A DNA stretch of 64,000 nucleotides, from the IMG/VR virus record IMGVR_UViG_3300042308_000216, positions 1 to 64,000 of that record. One strand, given 5' to 3'. How positions within the stretch are numbered: the first letter of the stretch is position 1; each line of letters starts with the position of its first letter. This stretch comes from a virus. The translations under genes and the position numbers were made by a program. Of this stretch, positions 6,317 to 16,911 are shown in pieces. Below the pieces are notes generated by a model, which worked only from the letters and a program-made list of their open reading frames with translations, did no database searches and was not told the origin of the DNA.

Positions 6317-8851
6317 ATGAATAATTTAGTAATACAAGTACCAGAACAAGCTTTACCAGATTCCAAGAAGGATTTAGAGTGGGGAATGAGATGTGTAGAT
6401 GCTGGGGAGAATGTATTGATGTTTGATTCCTCTGTAGTAAGACAGACTTTTTATAATAAAAAAGTTAATTACAGACTTAGGAACAACATGCTTACAGATA
6501 AAGATATACAACAGATTTGTGAGCCTTATGGAGTAGAGTTTTCTGCTGCTCCTAAAAGTATGCAACATATTGGATTAGGTAACTCTAAGATTAACACTTT
6601 AGTAGGTGAAGAAGCTAAGAGATTAACTAGGTATCCATTTAAAGCTTATATATCATCTGATGACCAAATGGGCATTTCTTCTAAAGAGGAGAATATCAGA
6701 GATATGTGGTATAATAAATTAGTAGATGTAGCTAAGCAAAAAATAGAGGCTTCTATGGAGGGTCAACAAGTAGACCAAAAAACCATGGAAGAAGAAATGC
6801 AGAAAGAACTTGGAAAATTTGATAAATACCTTAAATATAATTATCAAGATTTGAAAGAGATGACTGCTAATAAGATACTTAAGTATGAATATAAAAGACT
6901 TGATGTATCAGATACTTTCCTAAGATGTTGGGAAGATTTTCTAGTTTGTGGTGAAGAAGTAGTGTGTATTGAGGAATTAGGTAATGATATAGTATTTAGA
7001 AAGGTTAATCCTTTGTATTTGTTTACTATACAATCTCCTGAGACCTATAAACTTGAAGATGCAGATTGGATTGTAGAATATACAATGATGTCAGTAGGTC
7101 AAGTAGTAGATTATTATTACACAGAACTTACTAAAGATGAGATAGATACATTAGAGCAAAGCAAGGAATATAACAGTATGAAAACTGGTGGTATTCAAAT
7201 GGCTTATAATAGGGATATTACAGTAGAGGAAAGATTTGGGTATACAGCAGGGGAGTTGTTTGTACCTAATCAAATTGCTACACACTATTTTGGGGGAGCA
7301 TACGACCAAAGAGGAAACGTCAGAATTATGCGTGTATGCTGGAAGTCGAGAAGAAAGATTGGAAAGGTAAAGTACTATGATGAATACGGAAGTCAAGAAG
7401 AGAAGATTGTAGATGAGTATTACACATTAGATACAGATGCTGGTGAAACAGTAGATTGGATATGGATTAATGAGTGGTGGGAAGGGACGAAGATAGCAAA
7501 CGATATTTATGTAAAGATTAGACCAATCCCTTATCAATCAAGGAGTATGGCTAATTTATCAGAAAGTAAACCACCTTATGTAGGTATTTACTGTAATACA
7601 AATAATTCAAGGGTAATGTCTTTCATGGACAATATTAAACCTATGGATTATTTATATGATATTTATTTCCACAGATTAAACCTAGCCTTATCAAAATACA
7701 AAGGCCCAATGTTAGGAATCAATGTAAGTATGATTCCATCAGAGTGGGATCCTTTGAAGTGGTTGCAGTATGCAGAAGCAACTAACATTTTATTCTTAGA
7801 TCCAACTAATGAAGTAATTAAAGGACCAATGCAAGGTAAATCTGCAGGTACTTTTAATCAAATGTCAGCACAAGGTATTAACCTTGAAATGGGTAACTAT
7901 ATTACACAGCACGTTAACCTTATTGGATTTATTAAACAACAGATGGATTTAATATCTGGAGTTAATGAATACAGACAAGGTGATATTAAAGGTGATGCCA
8001 ATGTAGGTACATCTAATATGGGATGGTCAGCATCTAACTCAATGACTGAGAAATACTTTTCACTACACAACTCATTTAAAAGAGATTGTATGCAGAGATT
8101 ATTAGAAGTTGCTAAGTATGTTTGGAAACAAAATCCAAAGAAAGTACAGTATGTAGGTGATGATATGATGGTTGAAGTAGTTAATAGTTATGACGAATTC
8201 TGTGAATCTGAATATGATATCCACATAGATGATGGTCCAAATACTCAAGAACTTATGCAAGCACTTAATCAATTGGCTCATGCAGGTATGCAGACAGGTC
8301 AGATTAAGTTTAGAGACCTCATTGAAATCTACAAAAAAGATAGTATATCAAGCTTGGCTAGATATTTAGAAGAAGCTCAGGATAAGATGGCTCAAGAACA
8401 GCAAGAACAACAACAGGCTCAACAGCAGCATGAAAAAGAACTTGCAGAACAACAAGCACAATTACAACAACAAGCATTACAGCTTGAGTATGAAAAGCTT
8501 GATAGAGAAGATGTCAATAGACAATTGGATAGAGATAATAAAATCCAAGTTGAAACTCTTAAAGCATTAGGTTTTGCACAAGAAACAGATGTAAATGAAA
8601 ATATGATACCTGATGTACTAGAGCAAAGTAAAATTGCCTTACAACAACAAAAGCAAACTTTTGAGCAAGTACAAAAAGATAGAGAGCATCAATTAAGGTA
8701 TACTGCAGATAAACAAAAGAATGAAATTGAGAAAAAGAAATTAGTTGTTAAAGAGAAAGAAATCACTTCTAAAAAAGAGATTGAAGAACTCAAAGCAGAG
8801 ACAGCTCTAAAGGTTGCAAGAGAAAATAAGAATAAATATGACAAGAAATAA
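6317..8851 (+). CDS. portal protein
   Basis: 844 aa after TerL; WINEWWEGTKI motif and C-terminal Q/E-rich coiled-coil barrel as in crAss-like portals. Confidence 0.9.
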   Translation: MNNLVIQVPEQALPDSKKDLEWGMRCVDAGENVLMFDSSVVRQTFYNKKVNYRLRNNMLTDKDIQQICEPYGVEFSAAPKSMQHIGLGNSKINTLVGEEAKRLTRYPFKAYISSDDQMGISSKEENIRDMWYNKLVDVAKQKIEASMEGQQVDQKTMEEEMQKELGKFDKYLKYNYQDLKEMTANKILKYEYKRLDVSDTFLRCWEDFLVCGEEVVCIEELGNDIVFRKVNPLYLFTIQSPETYKLEDADWIVEYTMMSVGQVVDYYYTELTKDEIDTLEQSKEYNSMKTGGIQMAYNRDITVEERFGYTAGELFVPNQIATHYFGGAYDQRGNVRIMRVCWKSRRKIGKVKYYDEYGSQEEKIVDEYYTLDTDAGETVDWIWINEWWEGTKIANDIYVKIRPIPYQSRSMANLSESKPPYVGIYCNTNNSRVMSFMDNIKPMDYLYDIYFHRLNLALSKYKGPMLGINVSMIPSEWDPLKWLQYAEATNILFLDPTNEVIKGPMQGKSAGTFNQMSAQGINLEMGNYITQHVNLIGFIKQQMDLISGVNEYRQGDIKGDANVGTSNMGWSASNSMTEKYFSLHNSFKRDCMQRLLEVAKYVWKQNPKKVQYVGDDMMVEVVNSYDEFCESEYDIHIDDGPNTQELMQALNQLAHAGMQTGQIKFRDLIEIYKKDSISSLARYLEEAQDKMAQEQQEQQQAQQQHEKELAEQQAQLQQQALQLEYEKLDREDVNRQLDRDNKIQVETLKALGFAQETDVNENMIPDVLEQSKIALQQQKQTFEQVQKDREHQLRYTADKQKNEIEKKKLVVKEKEITSKKEIEELKAETALKVARENKNKYDKK

Positions 8852-8899
8852 GCTATATAGAATAAGCTTAAATAACAATAAGATAAGAATTAATAAACA

Positions 8900-8907
8900 T
8901 AATTTTG
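8900..8907 (+). promoter_or_regulatory. TAnnTTTG -7 element
   Basis: TAATTTTG 16 nt upstream of ATG 8924. Confidence 0.55.
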
Positions 8908-8923
8908 TAAACAAGTAAGAAAA

Positions 8924-10114
8924 ATGAAAGTAAATAAGTATTATTCTCCAGAATTTGGTGGACCAGATGGTGGAGTAGAAACAATTGACAACTCTTCAGA
9001 CAAGAACTTAATTAAGGATGTTGCTGAAAGTAGTGATTTTGATTTTGACACAGAGCTTTCTAATCTGATAAGTGATTCAGAAGAAGATAGTGATGATGAG
9101 AAAAGCATTGAACAGAAAGCAAAAGATTTTGCTCCTAGTGATGCTGATAGTTCTTTGAAAGATGATAAAGAAGATGAACCTTTATATAAGGTTTTAGCTG
9201 AACAGCTAAAGTCTGAAGGTTTATTTGATGATGAAGATTTTGCTGCTGATGATGATTTTGAATTTGATGGTTCTCCTGAGAGTTTTAAATACTTAATGGA
9301 AAGACGTGACTTTAAAAGAGGTTTAAAAATCTTTGAAGAAGTTGTATCTGAGATGCCAGCTAAAATGAGAACTCAATTCCAATTATTTATGGATGGGTTA
9401 GATGAAGATTCAGCATCTGATATTGGTAGTAAATTAGTAGATTATTCTAGTGTAACTAAAGAAGACCTTGAAAGTAATCCTGCAAAAGCAGAACAACTTT
9501 ACAGAGAACTTCTTAGAACAAAAGGATTTTCTAATGATAAGATTAATAAGTATGTAGAAAGAGCTAGAGATTTAGATGAATTAGCTGATGAAGGTTTTGA
9601 AGCAGCACAATCATTAAATCAAGATACTCAAAAACAAATACAACTTAAAAAACAAGAAGAACAATACATTGCTCAAAAAAGACAACAAGAAGCTGGACAA
9701 AGACTGCAAGCTCTTAAGTCAGCAATTATAAATACACCTGAGATTTTCAAAGGTGTAGCACTTACAGATAAAATGAAAGACCAACTGTATAAGTCAATGA
9801 CAGAAACAGTTGCTTATGACGAAAATAAACAACCATTAAACAAAGTAGCAGCCTTGTCAAGAAAAAATCCTGAAGCTTTTAGAATGCAGTTGCATTATCT
9901 GACTGAACTTGGTTTATTTAATACAGATGAAAGAGGTAATCTTAAACCTGACTTAACTAAACTAATGAGATTAGCAGAAACTAAAGTATCAAGATCTATT
10001 GATGACAGATTAAAAAAAGCTGCTTTTAGATCAGGCTCAAACTTGAGTAATAATATTTCAGAAAAAGAGTCTGATGTGTTATCCTCACTTGAACATTTCC
10101 TTAAAAATAAATAA
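8924..10114 (+). CDS. acidic scaffold-like protein (conserved crAss gene before MCP)
   Basis: D/E-rich N-terminus, coiled coil, immediately upstream of MCP. Confidence 0.7.
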   Translation: MKVNKYYSPEFGGPDGGVETIDNSSDKNLIKDVAESSDFDFDTELSNLISDSEEDSDDEKSIEQKAKDFAPSDADSSLKDDKEDEPLYKVLAEQLKSEGLFDDEDFAADDDFEFDGSPESFKYLMERRDFKRGLKIFEEVVSEMPAKMRTQFQLFMDGLDEDSASDIGSKLVDYSSVTKEDLESNPAKAEQLYRELLRTKGFSNDKINKYVERARDLDELADEGFEAAQSLNQDTQKQIQLKKQEEQYIAQKRQQEAGQRLQALKSAIINTPEIFKGVALTDKMKDQLYKSMTETVAYDENKQPLNKVAALSRKNPEAFRMQLHYLTELGLFNTDERGNLKPDLTKLMRLAETKVSRSIDDRLKKAAFRSGSNLSNNISEKESDVLSSLEHFLKNK

Positions 10115-10122
10115 ATAAAACC

Positions 10123-11634
10123 ATGCAATTATTTCAACTACAGAAATACGCAGCCAAAGACTACAATGGTCTAGTAACTGCAAATAACTTGGGAGCTTTA
10201 TACATGAAGCGACCTCAGCTTGTAACTAACACCATTCACCAGATTTTTAGAACTAATTTGAAGAATGCGATGTTTGACTTCCTTAATCAATTTCCAACTG
10301 TGGAAGTTGAAGAAAATAACTACTATGAGTGGATGCTCCAAGGTCAACATGAAAAAAATATTCCTTTATTAGAAGCATATGATGCTGCTGGAACTACTGC
10401 TGCTGAAGCAGGTGAACTAGGTGCAGGTGTTGCTGCTTTCTATATGGTATATGGTGAAGAATACTTTGAAGCAGATAACATTATCAAAGGTAACAAAGCA
10501 GAATACTTACTTCGTGTAATCTCTGTTAAACCTAAAGGTACTAACTTTGAGTATGAAGTAGAACTTTTGACATCAGATCCAACTCTTTCTGTTCCTGCAG
10601 AAGAACTTGAAGCTGGTCAGCGTTGGGCTAAGTTTTTTAACGTAGCACCATCTACACTTTCTAGCCGTGGTCAAAAGCCTAATTTCACTTCACCATTCAG
10701 AATGCGTAACAGAATTACAATGCAGCGTTTTGAGTATGAAGTTCCTGGTAACATGATTAACGAAGGTAAAAACTACCCATTAGAGTTTTCATTCCCAGGT
10801 CTTGATGGTAAGCAAGAAAAAGTTTGGATTAACTACCTTGATATGGTAGCTATGTACCAAGCTGAAGTTGCTAACGTAGTTATGCACTTTTATGGTCTAC
10901 ACAACTTTACAGAAAAAGATTTGTTCTTGAACAAAGATGCTTCTGGTAAATATCCATTAGAATCAGGTGCTGGTTTGTTTGAGCAAATTGCACCATCTAA
11001 TATTCACTATTATTCAACTCTTGACTTGGACTTCTTAACTGAAGTATTCTTGGATCTATCTATTGGTAGAATTGAAATGGGTAATCGTGTTGTTACTTTG
11101 TGTACAGGTGAATATGGTATCCGTGATTTCCACAGAGCTGTACTTGCTAAAGGTGGTACTGAATTATTGTTAAGCAATACAGGTTCTGGTCCAGGTCGTA
11201 GTAATGATACTTCTGTTTACAAAGAAAATGGTGGAAAACTTACAGGTATTCCTAAGCCGCTTTCTGCTGGTTTCCAATTCACTAAATACTATTCAATCAA
11301 TGGTATTACATTTGAATTAATGTACTGTCCAATGTTTGATGATAAAGTTCTTTTCCCAGAGACTCACCCAGAAGGTGGAACTACTGAATCTCGTAGAATG
11401 ATTGCTATGGATTTTGGTGGTGAATCAGGAATTAAGAGAGTATCTGTAAAAGGTCAACCATCTGTATTCCGTTATATCCCAGGTATGCGTGATCCATTCA
11501 CACCTGCAGGTAAAGGTTCTCCTTCAATGGCAGTATCTAGATCTGATGGTTATGAAATTCACAGAATGATGTGGGGTGGAATGATGATTACTGATCCAAC
11601 AAAAGTTGTAGATTTCCGTTATAACTTAGTATAA
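10123..11634 (+). CDS. major capsid protein
   Basis: 503 aa; synteny; YYEWML..., GAGLFEQI, TGEYG, YIPGMRDPF, DGYEIH resemble crAss MCPs; more CGT/AAC/TTC codons, consistent with high expression. Confidence 0.9.
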   Translation: MQLFQLQKYAAKDYNGLVTANNLGALYMKRPQLVTNTIHQIFRTNLKNAMFDFLNQFPTVEVEENNYYEWMLQGQHEKNIPLLEAYDAAGTTAAEAGELGAGVAAFYMVYGEEYFEADNIIKGNKAEYLLRVISVKPKGTNFEYEVELLTSDPTLSVPAEELEAGQRWAKFFNVAPSTLSSRGQKPNFTSPFRMRNRITMQRFEYEVPGNMINEGKNYPLEFSFPGLDGKQEKVWINYLDMVAMYQAEVANVVMHFYGLHNFTEKDLFLNKDASGKYPLESGAGLFEQIAPSNIHYYSTLDLDFLTEVFLDLSIGRIEMGNRVVTLCTGEYGIRDFHRAVLAKGGTELLLSNTGSGPGRSNDTSVYKENGGKLTGIPKPLSAGFQFTKYYSINGITFELMYCPMFDDKVLFPETHPEGGTTESRRMIAMDFGGESGIKRVSVKGQPSVFRYIPGMRDPFTPAGKGSPSMAVSRSDGYEIHRMMWGGMMITDPTKVVDFRYNLV

Positions 11635-11645
11635 TAAATAATAGT

Positions 11646-11677
11646 AAAGGAGGGTTGAAATACATCCTCCTTTATTT
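11646..11677 (+). terminator. intrinsic terminator after MCP
   Basis: AAAGGAGG...CCTCCTTT hairpin followed by ATTT. Confidence 0.7.
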
Positions 11678-11678
11678 A

Positions 11679-11686
11679 TACCTTTG
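11679..11686 (+). promoter_or_regulatory. TAnnTTTG -7 element
   Basis: TACCTTTG 14 nt before ATG 11701. Confidence 0.6.
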
Positions 11687-11700
11687 TAAAAAATAAGAAA

Positions 11701-12666
11701 ATGGCTAAAAAGATTAATGACACAGACACAATGAATACACCACTAGAAAGCTTCTTTATAGATAAAGTGGTTAAAGTTGTACCAATTGTAAGACCCAATA
11801 GTTGGGGACACAAATATCAAATCAGTGAAGATGGTAAAGATAAGACCAATGGTTCTTATCAATTTAATACTGCACTCACTTATTTGTCAGTACCTGTAAG
11901 TAAAAAGACAGGTCTATATATTAGACCACTTGACAATATCAAGAAAGTTAGAACTCCTGAGTTTCCTGATGATGAAATTACTGAACAAGAATTCTTTGAA
12001 AGAATGTTAGGAATGAATAAAGGAGACCTTGACATCACTAAATATAAAACTGATGAAAAAGGTAATCGTTTTCCTGATACATATTGGCAAAGAAGTGGTA
12101 CAGTTAAATTGAGAAATGAAGCAAATACTTTGGATCTATCTGTTCCAATAGATATGCTAAAATATAAAGTACTAATGTTAAACAAGAATGTGGTGGCTCC
12201 ATCACCTTCAGAAAAAAACAAAAAGCGTACTTACAGATTTATGATAGTAGATCAGGAAGTTGCTGAAGTACAAGAGAAAGAAGAATTAAATGTAAAACTA
12301 GAAGCATATTCTTGGTTTGCAAGAGTTAAAGCAGATATTGAACAATTAAAAGAAATTATGTGGTTATATGATTCAAGAATTAGTAATACTACAAACTATG
12401 ATTATGTGTTTGCCTATGTTGGAAAACTCGTTAATGATTCACCTGCTCAATTCTTAAAAGTAGTAAATGACATTAATAAAGATGCAAAATTACTATTAAT
12501 GAAAGCTTTAAAGAATGGTGCTTTAATTTTAACTAAAGAAAAAACTTACCAATTCCTAGATGGTAAAGATATTGGTCCACAAGTGAATGCTATTAAGTTC
12601 ATTAATGACCCAGAAAACTTTGCTATTATAGAAAGACTTAAAGAACAATCTGGCTATGACAGCTAA
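11701..12666 (+). CDS. conserved crAss-like protein downstream of MCP
   Basis: 321 aa; synteny; LDLSVPIDMLKYKVL motif. Confidence 0.7.
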   Translation: MAKKINDTDTMNTPLESFFIDKVVKVVPIVRPNSWGHKYQISEDGKDKTNGSYQFNTALTYLSVPVSKKTGLYIRPLDNIKKVRTPEFPDDEITEQEFFERMLGMNKGDLDITKYKTDEKGNRFPDTYWQRSGTVKLRNEANTLDLSVPIDMLKYKVLMLNKNVVAPSPSEKNKKRTYRFMIVDQEVAEVQEKEELNVKLEAYSWFARVKADIEQLKEIMWLYDSRISNTTNYDYVFAYVGKLVNDSPAQFLKVVNDINKDAKLLLMKALKNGALILTKEKTYQFLDGKDIGPQVNAIKFINDPENFAIIERLKEQSGYDS

Positions 12667-13432
12667 TGAAATGTGGAATAATGTCCTTGTGACATATGAT
12701 GCACTTTACTCACAAAGTGCTCCTGGGTTTGTTGACCCTGAAGCAAGCATTATTCTAACAAAGGCTCAGTGGTATTATGTACTTCAGAGAATCAACCCTA
12801 AGAGTAATAGAAACATGGAGGGTTTTGAGGAAACTGAAATTAGAATCCAAGAGCTTTCTTCTTTAATAAAAGATAGTGGAGATGCAAATCCTCCTATTCA
12901 AAAATTACCTACTAATCAACAAATTGGAACATTGCCTGGAGAAACTCTCTGGGCAATTCCAGTTGATTGCATGCTACCTATTTATGAAGGTTGTACTACA
13001 AATACTAAACAGTGTGGTATTACTCCTCCTGTATATAATAGAATCATGACAATACCAATATCTCATGATGAGTACAATTTAAATTTTTCTAACCCTTATA
13101 AGAAACCTTGGACTGATGGTACTGAAGGTATTATATGGAGATTAGAACATGGTACTCAAAGTGTAACTTATAATGCTGTAACTCAAGAAAGAAAAATACA
13201 TGGTATTATATACAGTACTAATCCTAATGAAACTATTACTAATTATTATATGAGATATATTAAATATCCTCAAGATATTCAAATTAATTTATCCAATCCT
13301 TTATTACAAGTAAATTGTAAACTAGACCCAATATCACATCAAAGTATCTGTGACATCGCTGTAAAATTACTCTCTGCAGCAGTGAGAGAACAGATACCAG
13401 CTACCCAATTAAGTGCAGAGAATTTAGAATAA
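12656..13432 (+). CDS. tail ring (head-tail connector) protein
   Basis: GFEETEIRIQELSSL, NPYKKP, YYMRYIKYP, HQSICDIAV pattern resembles crAss ring proteins. Confidence 0.65.
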   Translation: MTANEMWNNVLVTYDALYSQSAPGFVDPEASIILTKAQWYYVLQRINPKSNRNMEGFEETEIRIQELSSLIKDSGDANPPIQKLPTNQQIGTLPGETLWAIPVDCMLPIYEGCTTNTKQCGITPPVYNRIMTIPISHDEYNLNFSNPYKKPWTDGTEGIIWRLEHGTQSVTYNAVTQERKIHGIIYSTNPNETITNYYMRYIKYPQDIQINLSNPLLQVNCKLDPISHQSICDIAVKLLSAAVREQIPATQLSAENLE

Positions 13433-13440
13433 ATATTTTA

Positions 13441-13448
13441 TATATTTG
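13441..13448 (+). promoter_or_regulatory. TAnnTTTG -7 element
   Basis: TATATTTG upstream of 13485. Confidence 0.55.
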
Positions 13449-13484
13449 TAAAACAAAACAAACAACAAATTAACATTTTAAAAA

Positions 13485-14777
13485 ATGGCTTTAGATTCAA
13501 AAAATAATATCAAGAGTGTATTTATCATTCCTGATCAGGCTTACACAACTGTAGCTAAAATGTTCCCAGGTCAAGACCTTGGAGCAGTAGCAGTTTGTGA
13601 TATGTCAAATAATGTATTTACTAGTGCTAATATCAATGGTTCTGGTTTTCTTGTAGATGGTGCTGGTGTACCAGTTACTAAAATCAAACTTATCAAAGAT
13701 CGTGGAGAGTATTTACCACTTCAGCAAGTAGTTCTTAGTTTACCAAGTGTTGCTACTTATACAGGTACTGCACACGTAGATGCTAGTGAACAAGTATCTT
13801 ACATTGGTAACAATGGTACTACTGGTACTATTACTGGTGCATTAGGTCCAGTGACTAGCAACTTCTTTATCATCAAACTTGAGCACACACCAAACTCATT
13901 TATCTATGGTAAACGTCCTGCAAGTTACAAGTATGGTACTTACCAATCAACAGGTTCTGATACTGATAATACAGTAGCTGAAAACCTTGTTAAATCATTA
14001 GTTCAAAATTTCCGTGCAAATAGAACTACTGATTGGAGAGTTAGATCAGAAGTAGTATGTAATGCTGCAGCAGGTAGTGCTGTTGGTTTTACTAGCGTTA
14101 CTCTTACTAAATATTCAAAAGCTGTTACTGTAGTAGGAACTCTTCCTGCTGTTGGTGATGTTTTACGTATTGCTGATGCAGGTGTTACTACTGTAGGTGC
14201 TACAACTGCTGTTTACAAAGTTGTTGCAGTTAATGCTACTAGTAATGTAATTACTTTAAATTATGCTTACCAAGGACCAAGTGGTTCAACTATAGCTGCT
14301 GATTGTGCTGATATTACTGCTCTTTATACAGCAGCAAGTGCTGGTATCAAAATTACAGGTATCAAGCAAAAATATGATGTTAACCGTTGGAGACAATATG
14401 ACAAAGTTAGATTCAATGTTCTTCTTGAAGGATTTGGAGTTGCTACTCCAGTAGATACTACTGCTGCATTAGATGGTACTGGTGTTTATGAGCAAGTTGC
14501 TAATGATGAGTATATCTCTTGGGGTGACGAAGGTCAAGTATTTGTTGACCAAGTTCCACCATTGTTCCGTGAGCAAGATGCTGTTTCTACTGCTTCTTAT
14601 ACTCCACTTAACATTGGTTGGTTAGATAGACTTCCATCAATGATTGGTGCAGGTGAAAACAGAGGTGCTATCATTAATTATTTTGTAGATGTAACAACTA
14701 ATCAAGGACAAGATGTAGTTGATCTTTTAGATGCATTTGTACTTCAAAGAGGATTTGCTAACGCAACATTTGTTTAA
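13485..14777 (+). CDS. auxiliary capsid / abundant virion protein
   Basis: 430 aa, beta-rich, high-expression codon use, own promoter and terminator; position matches the crAss auxiliary capsid gene. Confidence 0.55.
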   Translation: MALDSKNNIKSVFIIPDQAYTTVAKMFPGQDLGAVAVCDMSNNVFTSANINGSGFLVDGAGVPVTKIKLIKDRGEYLPLQQVVLSLPSVATYTGTAHVDASEQVSYIGNNGTTGTITGALGPVTSNFFIIKLEHTPNSFIYGKRPASYKYGTYQSTGSDTDNTVAENLVKSLVQNFRANRTTDWRVRSEVVCNAAAGSAVGFTSVTLTKYSKAVTVVGTLPAVGDVLRIADAGVTTVGATTAVYKVVAVNATSNVITLNYAYQGPSGSTIAADCADITALYTAASAGIKITGIKQKYDVNRWRQYDKVRFNVLLEGFGVATPVDTTAALDGTGVYEQVANDEYISWGDEGQVFVDQVPPLFREQDAVSTASYTPLNIGWLDRLPSMIGAGENRGAIINYFVDVTTNQGQDVVDLLDAFVLQRGFANATFV

Positions 14778-14797
14778 CAATTAATCTCTAGATAAGG

Positions 14798-14842
14798 ATA
14801 GTGAAAGACCTAGTTTTCGGATTAGGTTTTTCACTATTTTTG
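14798..14842 (+). terminator. strong intrinsic terminator overlapping the next TAnnTTTG element
   Basis: ATAGTGAAAGACCTAGT-TTTCGG-ATTAGGTTTTTCACTAT hairpin plus T tract; TATTTTTG at 14835-14842. Confidence 0.75.
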
Positions 14843-14867
14843 TTTGAGATAAAACCTATAACATACT

Positions 14868-15482
14868 ATGGCATTAACACCAACAATATCAGCATGTTTA
14901 AATGGATGTACTGGTATAACTATTACAGATACTACTGGGTTTTATAATAGTACTACTAATCCTGGTGGATGGAATAATAGTTTAACTGTTTATAAAACAG
15001 TTCCTACTACACCTTATGTACAATCAGCAACATTAACTATTACATTAAATAACTCATCAACACCATTAGCAACTATTAATGTACTTACTGCTATACAAGA
15101 TTCTATATTTCCAGTATTTGATTTATACACTTATGCTCCTGTAGATGTTTTTGGTAATACTACATTAGCTGATGGTTCTTATACTTTTGAATATACTGTT
15201 GTAGATAATAACAATGTTACATATGTTACAGATACATTAATAGTAGTATATTGTAATGTAATTTGCTGTGTAGAAAAACTGGCTTTAGCAGCAATAGACC
15301 AAGATTGTAATACTTGTGAATCAGAAGCTTTCAATACTTTTGTATTAGCTGATGGTATATTACAAGCTTTAAAAGCAGTAGCAGAATGTTCAGGTGAAGC
15401 TGAGTTCTTAAAACTATTAAACAAACTTCAAAGACTCTGTGGAACATCAACAACTGGTGGTTGTGGTTGTGGCTGCAGTTAA
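14868..15482 (+). CDS. virion (tail hub-like) protein with Cys-rich C-terminus
   Basis: DTTGFY..TNPGGW N-terminal motif, Ig-like strands, ends in CGTSTTGGCGCGCS. Confidence 0.55.
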   Translation: MALTPTISACLNGCTGITITDTTGFYNSTTNPGGWNNSLTVYKTVPTTPYVQSATLTITLNNSSTPLATINVLTAIQDSIFPVFDLYTYAPVDVFGNTTLADGSYTFEYTVVDNNNVTYVTDTLIVVYCNVICCVEKLALAAIDQDCNTCESEAFNTFVLADGILQALKAVAECSGEAEFLKLLNKLQRLCGTSTTGGCGCGCS

Positions 15483-15498
15483 AAATATATAAAAAATT

Positions 15499-16899
15499 AT
15501 GGATAAATTTATAAAAAGTACAGGTAGGGATCCATTCTTAATAGACCCAAATGATTTCAACCCAGGATTCTTTGGGCATTTAAATGCTTTAGTTGAAGCT
15601 ATTACTGACCTCCAAAATAATGGAGGAGGTGGTGGTGGAGGAAATCCAATTGCTGTATATCAAGATGCTACTGAAATAACAGCTAATACTTCTCAATTAA
15701 CATTTGTTGGTGGTGGAGTCTCTTTAGTTGGAAGTGGTGCTAATGCACAGATTAATATACCTGCTACTAGAGGACCTCAAGGCCCACAGGGTCCAATAGG
15801 TCCACAAGGCCCTCAAGGATTAAGAGGATTAACAGGTGCTACAGGAGCAAATGGTGCTGCAGGAATTCAAGGGCCTCAAGGTCCAATTGGTTTAACTGGA
15901 CCTGCAGGTGCAACTGGCCCAACTGGAGCCACAGGTGCAAATGGTGTTAATGGTAATAAATATAAAACTAATTCTAGTACATCTTTTGGTCCTGGAACTG
16001 GGTCAAGAACTTTTGTTGTTGTTGATGCAGATTTAGCATATACAGCAGGACAATATGTTGTAATTTCTGATGGTACAAGAACAATGACAGGTACTGTTAC
16101 AAGTTACAGTATAAGTCCTAATAATTTAGTAATTCTTGTAGATACATTTACAGGTACAGGAACAGGTAATGCTTGGCAAATAAACCTTCAAGGTATTCAA
16201 GGTCCAACAGGGCCTACTGGTTCTACTGGACCACAAGGAGCTACTGGCCCTCAAGGTCCTACAGGAGCTACTGGAGCAACAGGGGCTCAAGGACCAACGG
16301 GTCCTGCAGGTGCAACAGGTGCAACAGGTCCTTCAGGAGCTACAGGCTCTACAGGTGCAGCTGGGGCAGCAGGAGCTAAATGGTGGAGTGCTTCTGCAGA
16401 CCCTAATGTAACAGATATTGGAGGTTCTGCTATTGGAGATTTTGCATTACTAAGTACAAATGGTTTAACTTATCAAAAAACAGGTGCTAGTACTTGGACA
16501 TCTGTTGTAAATATTACAGGTCCCACAGGTCCACAAGGTCCTGCTGGAACAGCAGGTTCTGCTGCAACTGTAGTAGCATTTACAGCAGATGGTTATGGTG
16601 GACCTCTTACAGGAAGTAATGTTACTCTTTTAAGAGTAGTTGTACCTTTTAATGTAAGTTATAGTTCACTTAGTGTTACAACTGATATTGCAGGTGGTGT
16701 AGCAAGTGCAGTAGTTTTAGAAGTTAGAAAAAATGGAACTGCTTTTTATACTGCAACTGTAAATGCATCAGCAGTAGTTATCACAGGTTCAACTACAGCA
16801 TTAGTCCCAACTGATGTTTTAACATTTGTAATAACATCAACTAATGCAAGTAATGCAGCAACAAAACTTTTTGTTTCAATGTCAGGAACAAGATCTTAA
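15499..16899 (+). CDS. collagen-like fibre protein
   Basis: long Gly-X-Y runs ([12 protein letters not shown]) separated by beta domains. Confidence 0.8.
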   Translation: MDKFIKSTGRDPFLIDPNDFNPGFFGHLNALVEAITDLQNNGGGGGGGNPIAVYQDATEITANTSQLTFVGGGVSLVGSGANAQINIPATRGPQGPQGPIGPQGPQGLRGLTGATGANGAAGIQGPQGPIGLTGPAGATGPTGATGANGVNGNKYKTNSSTSFGPGTGSRTFVVVDADLAYTAGQYVVISDGTRTMTGTVTSYSISPNNLVILVDTFTGTGTGNAWQINLQGIQGPTGPTGSTGPQGATGPQGPTGATGATGAQGPTGPAGATGATGPSGATGSTGAAGAAGAKWWSASADPNVTDIGGSAIGDFALLSTNGLTYQKTGASTWTSVVNITGPTGPQGPAGTAGSAATVVAFTADGYGGPLTGSNVTLLRVVVPFNVSYSSLSVTTDIAGGVASAVVLEVRKNGTAFYTATVNASAVVITGSTTALVPTDVLTFVITSTNASNAATKLFVSMSGTRS

Positions 16900-16911
16900 A
16901 ATATATAAATT

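Noticed and set aside
4234-11634. Introns or inteins in terL, portal or MCP
   Set aside because: ORFs are continuous and of expected size, with no homing-endonuclease or intein motifs seen
16173-16379. alternative-frame plus-strand ORFs (16173, 3774, 24016, 24556, 34379)
   Set aside because: out-of-frame overlaps within confident genes, produced by repetitive codon patterns
15770-16560. Tandem nucleotide repeats that could suggest CRISPR, VNTR or DGR
   Set aside because: explained by Gly-X-Y collagen coding; no spacer structure, and no reverse transcriptase in the window
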